Shown piece after piece: positions 27,388 through 38,528 of a stretch of 64,000 nucleotides of DNA. The stretch is from contig NIVC01002076.1 of the NCBI GenBank assembly GCA_002269645.1, forward strand, positions 7,847-71,846, given 5' to 3'. The DNA is from Macrostomum lignano (lineage: Eukaryota). A model generated the notes under the pieces. That model was not told the origin of the DNA, ran no database searches, and saw only the letters and a list, made by a program, of their open reading frames with translations. The translations under genes and the position numbers were made by a program. The stretch's first letter is position 1. Every line of letters begins with the position of its first letter.

Positions 27388-27492
27388 CACCGGCGCCTGT
27401 CGATGTGCAGCAGCGACATCCGGCCGCGCCAGCGTCTCCGTTTGTGGCCAATTTTCCAGCTTTAAATAATGCAGTTCCTCAGAACAGCAACG
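27388..27492 (+). CDS. PICALM: PICALM/AP180 exon 5
   Basis: TTTAG| then APAPVDVQQ..SPFVANFP..NSN then G|GTAGGT; phase consistent. Confidence 0.7.
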
Positions 27493-27571
27493 GTAGGTTT
27501 GTTTTTTTTTGCAGCTCTTTTGTATTGTCTGCTCAACCCCTGCAACCGGTTTTGATGCCTTACTGTGTTTA

Positions 27572-27720
27572 AATCCCCATTTCCCATCCCCTAACTCACT
27601 GTCAATCCCCATTTCCCATCCTTTGACTCATTGATTGGCAATCCCCATTTCCCATCCTGTGACTCACTGTCAATCCCTGACTCACTTTCAATCCCCATTT
27701 CCCATCCCCTGACTCCCCTG
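27572..27720. repeat. Short degenerate ~33-bp minisatellite (AATCCCCATTTCCCATCC..GACTCACTGTC)
   Basis: 3-4 units in PICALM intron 5. Confidence 0.75.
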
Positions 27721-27759
27721 GCGCTAAGTCTCGCCCCCATTCCCAATTCCCCATTCAAG

Positions 27760-28127
27760 GCTTCGATCCGTTCGGCTCGGTGCTGCAGCCGGTCAGCGCC
27801 AGCAGCGGCGCTACTGCAGATGGCGCCAATAATAACAAATCGGCGCCTGTCAATTTAAACAAAACCGGCTCCGGCAGCGGCAGCGGCATAACTGGGGACT
27901 TGGACTCGAGCCTGGCCACTCTGGTTGGCAATCTCAACATGAGGCAGGGCGGCCAGTACTCACAGGGCGGCAAGCAGCAGGCCGTCAACTGGGCCGTCGG
28001 CTCTTCGTCGTCGACCAATTCGTCGTCAGTTGCCTCGTCGTCTGTCGCGTTCGGGCGTACCGCGGCGGCTGGAGGCGTCGGCGGCGGGGTGAAGATCTCC
28101 GCTGGACCGACCGTCAATTGGGGACAG
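27760..28127 (+). CDS. PICALM: PICALM/AP180 exon 6
   Basis: TTCAAG| then GFDPFGSVLQP..GDLDSSLATLVGNL..NWGQ then |GTATGT; DPF and LDSSLANL-type motifs of the family. Confidence 0.85.
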
Positions 28128-28289
28128 GTATGTGGAGGTTGGCGCACTTGGCTGTCTAAACCAGGTCGCAGACTTAAAATACTTGGGAAAGCTTTGTCCG
28201 TGTCTCTTTTAACCTTAGCATTAAAATAGAAAATTGTGTTTTAGGTTTTGTTTCCAGTCCAGGTGCCTATAAAAGCTGTTTAGTTTTCC

Positions 28290-28590
28290 TCGGTATTTTA
28301 AAATGTCATCAGTAGTCCCTGGTATTAGAAGCTTCGTTTTATTTCCTCTAGTTATTAGATTAGTCCATGTCGATATACATGTAAGCTTTGTTTCCCGTCC
28401 AGTAATTATTTCAGTAGTCCCTGGCGTTATAGTTTCTCGTCCACTAGTCCCTGGCGTTAAAGTTTCTCGTCCAATAGTTATTTAAGTCGTCCCTGGCGTT
28501 GTAGGTTCTCGTCCACTAGTTATTTCAGTCGTCCCTGGCGTTATAGTTTCTCGTCCACTAGTTATTTCAGTAGTCCCTGGCGTTATGAGC
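28290..28590. repeat. ~42-bp minisatellite (TTATTTCAGTAGTCCCTGGCGTTATAGTTTCTCGTCCACTAG)
   Basis: About 5-6 degenerate units in PICALM intron 6. Confidence 0.8.
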
Positions 28591-28623
28591 TCTGATCTCA
28601 TGCTTGCACCCATGTCTCCACAG

Positions 28624-28782
28624 CAGCCCCAGTATCCGGCTGTTTCGTCCGCCTACGGCGCGCAGTCGATGGGATTTCTGCACACCCAGTCGCAGCCGGC
28701 TTTCCGTATGTCGCCGCAGCAAATGCAGCAGCAGCAGCAGCAGCAGCAGGCTGGGTGGCATCAGCAGGCTGCTAATCAGCAG
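28624..28782 (+). CDS. PICALM: PICALM/AP180 exon 7 (Q-rich)
   Basis: CCACAG| then QPQYP..QQQQ..ANQQ then |GTGAGG; phase 0 at both ends. Confidence 0.7.
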
Positions 28783-28872
28783 GTGAGGGATAAATAGCCT
28801 CAACTGTATTTGCGATACCAGTGCATTATTTACGAGTATATTTAAGTACATTTGTTATCGAAACAATTTCAG

Positions 28873-28905
28873 CCGAACCCCAACGACCCGTTCGGAGCTT
28901 TGTAA
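28873..28905 (+). CDS. PICALM: PICALM/AP180 terminal exon 8
   Basis: TTTCAG| then PNPNDPFGAL*; the DPFGAL C-terminus is typical of invertebrate AP180/LAP. Confidence 0.8.
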   Translation, partial: PNPNDPFGAL

Positions 28906-29014
28906 ACTCGCCGTTTGATCGGTTGGTGGTTGATAGCGGCTGCTAAAAGCACACTTAAAGATTTTTCTGTATGTAACATTTTGGTTTGTCACTTTCCGTT
29001 AGAGCTCTTGTCGG

Positions 29015-29215
29015 CTAGTTAGCATCTAGAACACAATGATGCGGTCCAGTTAGCATCTAGAACACAATGATGCGGTCCAGTTAGCATCTAGAACACAATG
29101 ATGCGGTCCAGCTAGCATCTAGAACACAATGATGCGGTCCAGCTAGCATCTAGAACACAATGATGCGGTCCAGTTAGCATCTAGGACTAGAACACAATGA
29201 TGCGGTCCAGTTAGT
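29015..29215. repeat. 31-bp minisatellite GTTAGCATCTAGAACACAATGATGCGGTCCA
   Basis: About 6 units 3' of the PICALM stop. Confidence 0.9.
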
Positions 29216-30079
29216 GTCTGTAATTCTGTACCACTTAAAAATGATTGGCCTAGCAATAAAGGTGGAATGGGTGAACATTTTGGCTCAGTAATGTCTTAGT
29301 CGGTGGCTTGGTCTCGCGCGTATCGAAAATTATTCTATCTTTATCTTCCATGTCTATTTCTGTTATACTCGAAGACTTTTAAATATTAATTATACCTCTG
29401 ATTTCTTGATTACTTCCAAATTTTTATAAAATTTGCTACTGCTAAAAGTACTTTTAGTTTGTTTGGCTTGCAACCTATTTATAAACAATTATTTGGATTT
29501 ATTTTACGGTAACAAAGAAACATATTAGTTCTTCAGTAGTAAACCACTTATAAACTGAATTTGATAATTCAATACTTTTTTATTGCAATGTGATACAAAG
29601 CTCTTGAAATTTGTTAATGACTTCACCTCAATTTTAATAGCAACGCTTTGTGATTGTTTCATCTTGGCAATTTAGCTTGTGTTTCAGTTTAGGCTTACGT
29701 GGTCTCTCGAGCGTCTCACTCTACTTAAAGTAGAGAGCTGGGTGATTTATCCATTTTCTAAGAACATTTTTGCTGTTTATGCCTACCGTTTTTTTTGAAA
29801 CTTGTATGTACTGTATATGTATGATAATTTTTACACGAGTCCTTTATATTGAAATCTTATTTATCTATCTATCCAATCCGAGTTTTCTGATTCCTTTAAG
29901 TCAGGCCTGACTCTGCTGTCACCGGCCTGGGTATATTTCATTCTAGGTACATTTATAGGTACAATAGGTACAATAAGGTACAATAACGCGTCCTTTTTTC
30001 TGTAGCATTTGCGTGTGTTCCTGGCTCACAGCAGCGTTGTAATTTGATACTCTGCAATAGGCAACCCCTATGCCCCGGT

Positions 30080-30518
30080 TAGCCTCACGATCCCGGTCAA
30101 CCGGGTCCACCAGTTAGCCTCCTCAACCCCTGCTCAAGAGCCAGTCTCTACCCTGTCCACCAGTTAGCCTCCTCCCCTGTTCACTGGTTAGCCTCTCCCC
30201 TGTTCACTGGTTAGCCTCTCCCCTGTTCACTGGTTAGCCTCTCCCCTGTTCACCGGTTAGCCTCTCCCCTGTTCACCGGTTAGTCTCTCCCCTGTTCACT
30301 GGTTAGCCTCTCCCCTGTTCACTGGTTAGCCTCTCCCCTGTTCACCGGTTAGCCTCTCCCCTGTTAACCGGTTAGCCTCTCCCCTGTCCACCGGTTAGCC
30401 TCTCCCTTGTCCACCGGTTATCCTCTCCCCTGTGCACCGGTTAGCTTCAATTCCCCTGTGAACCGGTTAGTCTCAATTCCCCTGTTCACTGGTTAGCCTC
30501 AATTCCCCTGTTCACCTG
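30080..30518. repeat. 23-bp minisatellite C(C/T)GGTTAGCCTCTCCCCTGTTCA
   Basis: Period 23, between PICALM and CDK1. Confidence 0.9.
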
Positions 30519-31136
30519 TAAATTATTAAGTCTGAAGACGCCGCTTCGCCAGAAAGGTCAAACGATAAGCGTGTTACAATTTTCAATAATTATAAATAAT
30601 CATATCCTTTACTTCGGCGCAATTCGGACATTTTTTGATCATATGCGTGCGCATCGATCTTATTAGCGTTATTATTTATTGTACTTACTTACAAAAAGAC
30701 AATTTCTTATTTGCTAATATTAATTATATTTAAGTCGGTGTAACAAGCGCTCAGTAATAATATTCTAATTCCCTGAGGCAATATTTACCTGTCTTCATAT
30801 TACGCACGCGCATACATATTTTAGTCATTTATAATAATTATAAAATAATTGTAATGAATTTCCTGGCAATTTTTTTTTATTACTTGCCGTTGTCGTAATT
30901 TTTCCCTTTCTTTCCTTACTGTTTTGATTGGGACGGATCGTTGTAGCTTTAGTCATTAGCAATGCGTCTAATGTTCCAGCTTCTTCACGATAATTATTGT
31001 TCTACAACTCGCATTACTTTCAGCAAGCTGACCAAAAATTCCAACGAGCTACTTTAAGTAACAAGTGCAGCAAACTCGAATAGCAGCATATTTTCTAACT
31101 AAATAAATCTATAATCAACCATAAAAGCAAGAAGCA

Positions 31137-31218
31137 ATGTCTGCGGCGCAATCTTCTTCATCCAAGCTGGAGAAATGGGCTATCGAGGACTTCAGCAAGA
31201 TTGAAAAGATTGGCGAAG
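31137..31218 (+). CDS. CDK1: CDK1 exon 1 of 5; predicted protein 334 aa
   Basis: MSAAQSSSSKLEKWAIEDFSKIEKIGE then G|GTAACG. The five exons sum to 1005 nt. Confidence 0.88.
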
Positions 31219-31249
31219 GTAACGGGCGCTAGGTATAGAGCGGATTTGG

Positions 31250-32146
31250 GGCTGGGGAGAGAGCAGATAGGGACGATATGGAGAGAGCGGATAGAGGTGA
31301 TAGATAGGAAGAAAGCGGATAGAGGCGATAGGGAGAGAGCGGATAGAGGTGATAGATAGGAAGAAAGCGGATAGAGGCGATAGGGAGAGAGCGGATAGAG
31401 GCAATAGATAGGAATAGAGCGGATAAAGCGATAGATAGGGAGAGAGCGGATAGAGGCGATAGGGAGAGAGCGGATAGAAGCGATGGATAGGGAGAGAGCG
31501 GATAGAGGCGATAGATAGGAATAGAGCGGATAGAGGCGATAGGGAGAGAGCGGATAGAAGCGATGGATAGGGAGAGAGCGGATAGGCGATAGGGAGAGAG
31601 TGGATAGAGGCGGTATGGAGAGAGCGGATGAGGCAATAGATATGGAGAGAGCGGATAGAGCGATAGATAGGAAGAGAGCGGATAGAGGCGATAGATCGGG
31701 AGAGAGCGGATAGAGGCGATAGATCGGGAGAGAGCGGATAGGGGCGATAGATCGGGAGAGAGCGGATAGAGGCGGTAGGGAGAGAGTGGATAGAGGCGCC
31801 AGGAGAGAGCGGATAGGCGCGCCAGGGAGAGAGCGGATAGGGGTGCCAGGGAGAGAGCGGATAGGGGTGCCAGGGAGAGAGCGGATAGGCGCGCCAGGGA
31901 GAGAGCGGATAGGGGTGCCAGGGAGAGAGCGGATAGGCGCGCCAGGGAGAGAGCGGATAGGGGTGCCAGGGAGAGAGCGGATAGGCGCGCCAGGGAGAGA
32001 GCGGATAGGGGTGCCAGGGAGAGAGCGGATAGGCGCGCCAGGGAGAGAGCGGATAGGGGTGCCAGGGAGAGAGCGGATAGGCGCGCCAGGGAGAGAGCGG
32101 ATAGGGGTGCCAGGGAGAGAGCGGATAGGCGCGCCAGGGAGAGAGC
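31250..32146. repeat. 24-bp purine-rich minisatellite (CDK1 intron 1) with an alternating 48-bp higher-order unit at its 3' end
   Basis: GAGAGAGCGGATAGG(GGT/CGC)GCCAGG alternates from about 31800. Confidence 0.93.
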
Positions 32147-32232
32147 ATATCATTCCAAAGAGAGGGCGACTGCTGGACTCCGATACACTGCTACTATTTG
32201 AGAACTAACCCCTGGATTTGCCCGAACCGCAG

Positions 32233-32534
32233 GCACCTACGGTGTAGTGTACAAGGCGCGCAACAACCGCAGCCAGAAGATCATGGCTTTGAAAAAGATC
32301 CGTCTGGAATGCCAAGAAGAAGGCATGCCGTCAACAGCTGTACGCGAGGTGTCCCTGCTCAAGGAGCTGCAGCATCCCAACATTGTCTGTCTTGAGAGCG
32401 TGCTGATGCAGGAGGGCAAGCTGTATCTGGTGTTCGAGTACCTCACCATGGACCTGAAGAAGTACTTGGACAACCAGCGCGGCAGGTCTCTTATTCCTGA
32501 GAAGACTCGCAGCTTCATGTATCAGTTGTTGCAG
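32233..32534 (+). CDS. CDK1: CDK1 exon 2
   Basis: GTYGVVYK (T14/Y15 equivalents), [38 protein letters not shown]. Confidence 0.95.
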
Positions 32535-32539
32535 GTGCG

Positions 32540-33110
32540 TCCTCTTCTTTTGCCTTTCCCTGTCTCTGTGCCTTCCCTTCATGTCTACATTTCCCTCCCT
32601 TCATGTCTACATTTCCTTCCCTTCATCTCTACCCTTCCCTCCCTTCATCTCTACCTTTTTCTCCCTTCATCTCTATCTTTTCCTCCCTTCATCTCTACCT
32701 TTCCTTCATTTATCTCTACCTTTTCCTCCCTTTATCTCTACCTTTTTCTCCCTTAATTTCCACCTTTCCTCCCTTCATTTCTACTTTTCCCTCCCTTCAT
32801 CTCTACTTTTCCTTCCCTTCATCTTAACCTTTTCTCCCTTTATCTCTCGAAATTTTCCTCTTTTTTCTCTACATTTCCCACTCAATCTCTACCTTTTCCT
32901 CCCTTCATCTCTACCTTTCCCTCCCTTCATCTCTACCTTTCCCTTCTTTCATCTCTACCTTCTCCTCTCTTTATTTCTATCTTTTTCCTTGTATCTCTGT
33001 CCTTCCCTTCATCTCCTTCCCTTCATCTCTGTCTATCCCTCTCTTCCTTTCTCTGCCTTTCCCAACCTTATATCTCCCGGGAAAGCGTACAAACTTCTCA
33101 CTCTGCGCGT
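32540..33110. repeat. Pyrimidine-rich degenerate repeat (TTCATCTCTACCTTTTCCTCCC), CDK1 intron 2
   Basis: Recurring ~22-bp motif. Confidence 0.85.
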
Positions 33111-33135
33111 GTTCCCAACTCCCTTGGCAACCCAG

Positions 33136-33282
33136 GGCCTGCTGTTCTGCCACACCCGGCGTGTTGTCCATCGCGACCTGAAGCCGCAGAACATTCTGCT
33201 AGACGAGCGGGGCGTCATTAAACTGGCGGATTTCGGACTGGCTCGCGCCTTTGGCGTGCCTGTTCGCGTTCTGACACACGAG
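33136..33282 (+). CDS. CDK1: CDK1 exon 3
   Basis: [40 protein letters not shown]. Confidence 0.95.
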
Positions 33283-33354
33283 GTTTGTGCTTGCGGGATC
33301 TTTTTAGCGCATTGGTCCAGGTTCTCTTGGTATCTTTGAGTCTTCTTTCTCGGA

Positions 33355-34045
33355 CCTATTTATTGACCCACGCCCTGAATCACTGACCCATTTATTGACC
33401 CACGCCCTGAATCACTGACCCATTTACTGACCCACGCCCTGAATCACTGACCCATTTACTGACCCACGCCCTGAATCACTGACCCATTTATTGACCCACG
33501 CCCTGAATCACTGACCCATTTATTGACCCACGCCCTGAATCACTGACCCATTTATTGACCCACGCCCTGAATCACTGACCCATTTACTGACCCACGCCCT
33601 GATTCACTAACCCATTTTTTGACCCACGCCCTGAATCACTGACCAATTTATTGATCCACGGCCTGAATCACTGACCCATTTACTGACCCACGCCCTGAAT
33701 CACTGACCCATTTATTGACCCACGCCCTGAATCACTGACCAATTTATTGATCCACGGCCTGAATCACTGACCCATTTATTGATCCACGGCCTGAATCACT
33801 GACCCATTTATTGACCCACGCCCTGAATCACTGACCCATTTATTGACCCACGCCCTGAATCACTGACCAATTTATTGATCCACGGCCTGAATCACTGACC
33901 CATTTATTGATCCACGGCCTGAATCACTGACCCATTTACTGACCCACGCCCTGAATCACTGACCCATTTATTGACCCACGCCCTGAATCACTTACCCATT
34001 TATTGATCCACGGCCTGAATCACTGACCCATTTATTGACCCACGC
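33355..34045. repeat. 32-bp minisatellite TTTA(T/C)TGA(C/T)CCACG(C/G)CCTGAATCACTGACCCA, CDK1 intron 3
   Basis: About 21 units. Confidence 0.95.
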
Positions 34046-34073
34046 ACTAATTGCACTCATATTCGAACTCCAG

Positions 34074-34382
34074 GTAGTCACTCTGTGGTACCGGGCTCCC
34101 GAGATTCTTCTGGGCAGCCCCCGCTACTCCTGCCCGGTGGACATGTGGAGCATGGGCTGCATATTCGCCGAGATCGCCATGCTCAAGCCGCTATTCCACG
34201 GCGACTCGGAGATCGATCAGCTGTTCCGCATCTTCCGCATCCTCGGCACGCCAACTGAGGACACGTGGCCTGGCGTGACCTCCATGCCGGAGTACAAGCA
34301 GATGTTCCCAACCTGGCAGGGCCTCCGGTTGTCTAGCGCTGTTGAGAACCGGCTCAATGATGAAGGCATGGATCTGCTGCAG
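34074..34382 (+). CDS. CDK1: CDK1 exon 4
   Basis: [50 protein letters not shown]. Confidence 0.95.
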
Positions 34383-34399
34383 GTGCGTTTGGGGCGCGA

Positions 34400-34817
34400 C
34401 TCCCGTGTCAGACTGTAGCACTCCCGTGTCAGACTGTAGCACTCCAGTGTCAGACTGTAGCACTCCCGTGTCAGACTGTAGCACTCCAGTGTCAGACTGT
34501 AGCACTCCAGTGTCAGACAGTAGCACTCCAGTGTCAGACAGTAGCACTCCAGTGGCAGACTGTAGCACTCCCCGTGTCAGACTGTAGCACTCCAGTGGCA
34601 GACTGTAGCACTCCCTGTGTCAGACTGTAGCACTCCAGTGTCAGACTGTAGCACTCCAGTGGCAGACTGTAGCACTCCCCGTGTCAGACTGTAGCACTCC
34701 AGTGTCAGACTGTAGCACTCCAGTGTCAGACTGCATCACTCCAGTGTCAGACTGTAGCACTCCAGTGTCAGACTGTATTACTCCAGTGGCAGACTGTAGC
34801 ACTCCAGTGGCAGACTG
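34400..34817. repeat. 21-bp minisatellite TGTCAGACTGTAGCACTCCAG, CDK1 intron 4
   Basis: About 19 units filling the intron. Confidence 0.95.
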
Positions 34818-34850
34818 AACCGTCTATAACGAACATCTCCAACCCCGCAG

Positions 34851-35015
34851 AAGCTGCTGATCTACGAGCCATCAGACCGGTGCAACGCCCGCGAGGCGCT
34901 GGAGCACGCCTACTTCTCCGGCATGGACAAGTCCGCTATGCCGGCCCGCACGCCCGAGAAAGTTTGGCGGCCTCAGCGCGCCCCTCTCAACGTAGTGGAG
35001 AACATGGCGGTCTAG
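34851..35015 (+). CDS. CDK1: CDK1 exon 5
   Basis: CCGCAG| then KLLIYEPSDRCNAREALEHAYF...MAV*. Confidence 0.9.
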   Translation, partial: KLLIYEPSDRCNAREALEHAYFSGMDKSAMPARTPEKVWRPQRAPLNVVENMAV

Positions 35016-35624
35016 ATGGGGGCCGTTTCAATTTAATAGTGTCAACAGTGCTTAGGCGCAATGGATATTGCCAGTTAATTCTTTGCATACGTATTAATCC
35101 AATTAAATTAATACCTTCCTACCTGCTAATCCAAAATATGCCTAAATAATAAGTTTATTTTCTCTTCAACAACTTTTTACAAACTTCTCTCTCTCTCTGT
35201 GTGTCTGGATAGTGCATTTTTGGCACCGGTAATAAAGTTTAGCAGTTGCCCTACTATCAGTAGCTAATGAAGTCTATTGCATTTTGTTTGCTATTTACCA
35301 ATATATTTTTGTGCGCGTATTATTAGTTGGTTAAGTATTTTTTATTTCCTTTTTTAACATGCAGCGGCTGCAATTGGGTCAAGTTTATTTTAACGTCACC
35401 AACCCGTCTTACTGTTCCGTTAATTAGTTTAATATTTGCTGCTCAAATCTTTTCGGTCATTATTGATTTCTCGCTTTGCGCTAATTTTCCTCGTTTTACT
35501 TCAGGATTGAATTCGAAAAGTAGCTCTGTTAATTAAATTTTGACTGGGTTGGAATTTCATTTCTTCTGAAAATTGAGGAGCTGCATCTAGTCTAGACAGC
35601 AATAGTTAGATCTGAGCATTTTGT

Positions 35625-36392
35625 GTTAAATCTAGACAGAAACTGGTTAGATCTAGGCATGTTCAGAGTAGATCTAGACATGAAATGGTCAGATCTAGGC
35701 ATGTTCAGGTCAGATCTAGACATGAAATGGTCAGATCTAGACATGAAATGGTCAGATCTAGACATGTTCAGGTCAGATCTAGACATGAAATGGTCAGATC
35801 TAGGCATGTTCAGGTCAGATCTAGACATGAAATGGTCAGATCTAGACATGAAATGGTCAGATCTAGACATGTTCAGGTTAGATCTAGACATGAAATGGTC
35901 AGATCTAGGCATGTTTATAGTAGATCTTAACATAAAATGATCAGATCTAGGCATGTGTGGGTTAGATCTAGACATGAAATGGTCAGATCTAGGCAAGTTC
36001 GGGTTCGATCTAGACATAAAAATGGTCAGATCTAGGCATGTTTATAGTAGATCTTAACATAAAATGATCAGATCTAGGCATGTTCGGGTTCGATCTAGAC
36101 ATGAAATGGTCAGATCTAGGCATGTTCGGGTTAGATCTAGACATGAAATGGTCAGATCTAGGCATGTTCGGGTTAGATCTAGACATGAAATGGTCAGATC
36201 TAGGCATGTTCGGGTTAGATCTAGACATGAAATGGTCAGATCTAGGCATGTTTATAGTAGATCTTAACATAAAATGATCAGATCTAGGCATGTTCGGGTT
36301 AGATCTAGACATGAAATGGTCAGATCTAGGCAAGTTCGGGTTCGATCTAGGCATGAAATGGTCAAATCTAGGCATGTTCGGGTTAGATATGG
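35625..36392. repeat. 42-bp (2x21) AGATCTAG-rich minisatellite between CDK1 and MPPE1
   Basis: AGATCTAGACATGAAATGGTC + AGATCTAGGCATGTTC(A/G)GGT(C/T). Confidence 0.95.
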
Positions 36393-36642
36393 ACAGAAAA
36401 GGGGTCAAAATTTCAGTAATAAATTAACAGTCGAGGACCACAACGAGAAGCAAGTTAAATATTTTTAAAGTACATTCTCCAGTTACAGCAGCGCCTCAGC
36501 TCCCTGCACTGCATCCGCAATCGGCCGGTTTTGCTGTTGCTGACTGAGGCGTTGGGTCCAGCCATCCGACCCCAGCATCCCCGTCACTGACAGAGACCGA
36601 GGGTCAGACCGAGCCGCACACACCGCCCCTAAATCAGGGACG

Positions 36643-37023
36643 GTGCCCGATTCCTGCGCTGCTGTGGCCGCCGACGCCGTCTCGTCAACGTCGACCACGT
36701 CGTCGACGTCGACAATTGCGTCGCCGTCGCGGCCGCCGCGCCGTTGTCGGCGGCGCTTCCTGACGCTGCTGGCGCTGCTAGGCGGCTTGGTTGCGTTCTG
36801 CGAATACCTGATCTACTATGCCGTCCTGCTCGCCTGCACCTGGCCGGCGCTGCCGGGCGAGTCGCCGCTGGCGCCAACCAGCCGGTCGGATGGCGTCCGG
36901 GTGATGCTGCTGGCCGACACTCACCTGCTGGGCTGGCGGCAGGGCCACTGGTTCGATAAGCTGCGCAGGGAGTGGCAGATGGAGCGCGCATTCCAGACGA
37001 GCCTGTTTCTGCACCGGCCCCAG
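36643..37023 (+). CDS. MPPE1: Metallophosphoesterase 1 (PGAP5/Cdc1-like), first visible coding exon; true start uncertain
   Basis: TM helix, then VMLLADTHLLG..GHWFDKLRREWQMERAFQTS..HRPQ and |GTGAGG. No in-frame ATG before the TM helix. Confidence 0.85.
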
Positions 37024-37057
37024 GTGAGGGCTGGCGGGTTGCTGCTTCTAGAGGGTG

Positions 37058-37680
37058 CTGCTTTGGGATTTGGGATATTGGAGTTTTTGGGGATTTGGGA
37101 TATTGGAGTTTTTGGGGGATTTGGGATATTGGAGTTTTTGGGGGATTTGGGATATTGGAGTTTTTGGGGATTTGGGATATTGGAGTTTTTGGGGGATTTG
37201 GGATATTGGAGTTTTTTGGGGACTTGGGATATTGGAGTTTTTTGGGGATTTGGGATATTGGAGTTTTTTTGGGGATTTGGGATATTGGAGTTTTTTTGGC
37301 GGATTTGGGATATTGGAGCTTTTTGGGGATTTCGGATATTGGAGTTTTTTTGGCGGATTTGGGATATTGGAGTTTTTTGGGGATTTGGTATATTGGAGCT
37401 TTTTGGGGATTTCGGATATTGGAGTTTTTTTGGCGGATTTGGGATATTGGAGTTTTTTGGGGATTTGGTATATTGGAGCTTTTTGGGGATTTGGGATATT
37501 GGAGTTTTTTGGGGACTTGGGATATTGGAGCTTTTTGGAAATTTGGGCTATCTGTGTGCTTTTTGGGATTTAAGTACTGGTGCTTTTTATGGATTTGGGA
37601 TATTGGTGCTTCTGGGGGATTTTGGATTTTTCAGCTTCGTTCGAATTTGGGATATTGGAGCTTTGTTGGGATATTCGGCA
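37058..37680. repeat. G/T-rich 25-27-bp minisatellite GGGATTTGGGATATTGGAGTTTTT(T), MPPE1 intron
   Basis: Tandem units starting about 35 nt after the donor. Confidence 0.93.
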
Positions 37681-37754
37681 CTTTATAGTACTTAAAATTT
37701 TCATGTACCAACATCGATTTATGTAATAATTCAAGCAATGGCCCCTCCTGGCAG

Positions 37755-37979
37755 GTTGTTATTATCCTCGGCGACCTGTTCGACGAAGGCAAATGGGCCG
37801 ACGACTTCGAGTTCCGGCACCACTTGGCCCGCTTCCGCCGGATATTCCGCGTCCCGGACGGCACCCGCCTGCTAGTGGTGGCCGGCAACCACGACATCGG
37901 CTTTCACTACGATGTCACGCAGCACAAGGTGGACCGCTTCGAGGCCGCCTTCCACCTGCCCGCTGTGCAGCTGGTGTCG
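37755..37979 (+). CDS. MPPE1: MPPE1 exon B
   Basis: VVIILGDLFDEGKW..VVAGNHDIGFHY (calcineurin-like phosphoesterase motifs). Confidence 0.92.
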
Positions 37980-38059
37980 GTAGGCTGACTTGGATACTCA
38001 GCCGGAACCTCGCCTTTTGATTATCACTTACCTCGCCCCAGCCCAATCCCGAATTGCAA

Positions 38060-38505
38060 GAATCGCCCTAATCTCGAATTCCAAGCATCGCCCCAATTCT
38101 GTGAATTGCAAGAATCGCCCAAATCCCGAAATTCCAACAATCGCCCTACTCTCGAATTCCAATAATCGCCCTAATTATAAATTCCAAGAATCGCCCCAAT
38201 TCTGTGAATTGCAAGAATCGCCCTAATTATAAATTCCAAGAATCGCCCCAATTCTGTGAATTGCAAGAATCGCCCTAATTATAAATTCCAAGAATCGCCC
38301 TAATTATAAATTCCAAGAATCGCCCCGATTCTGTGCATTCCAAGAATCGCCCCGATTCTGTGCATTCCAAGAATCGCCCCAATTCTGTGAATTGCAAGAA
38401 TCGCCCCAATTATGAATTCCAAGAATCGCCCCAATTCTGTGAATTGCAAGAATCGCCCTAATTATGAATTCCAAGAATCGCCCCAATTCTGTGAATTCCA
38501 ACAAT
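38060..38505. repeat. 25-27-bp minisatellite AATT(C/G)CAAGAATCGCCC(C/T)AATT(CTGTG/ATA), MPPE1 intron
   Basis: Tandem units. Confidence 0.92.
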
Positions 38506-38528
38506 CGCGCCGACCCCGCTACCCGCAG

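Noticed and set aside
30530-30570. CTGAAGA...GAAA as a further hammerhead
   Set aside because: No stem II closing pair and no GUH cleavage triplet.
32330-32350. PSTAVRE instead of PSTAIRE in CDK1
   Set aside because: A conservative variant already known in bona fide CDK1s (e.g. C. elegans CDK-1); the catalytic and regulatory residues are intact.
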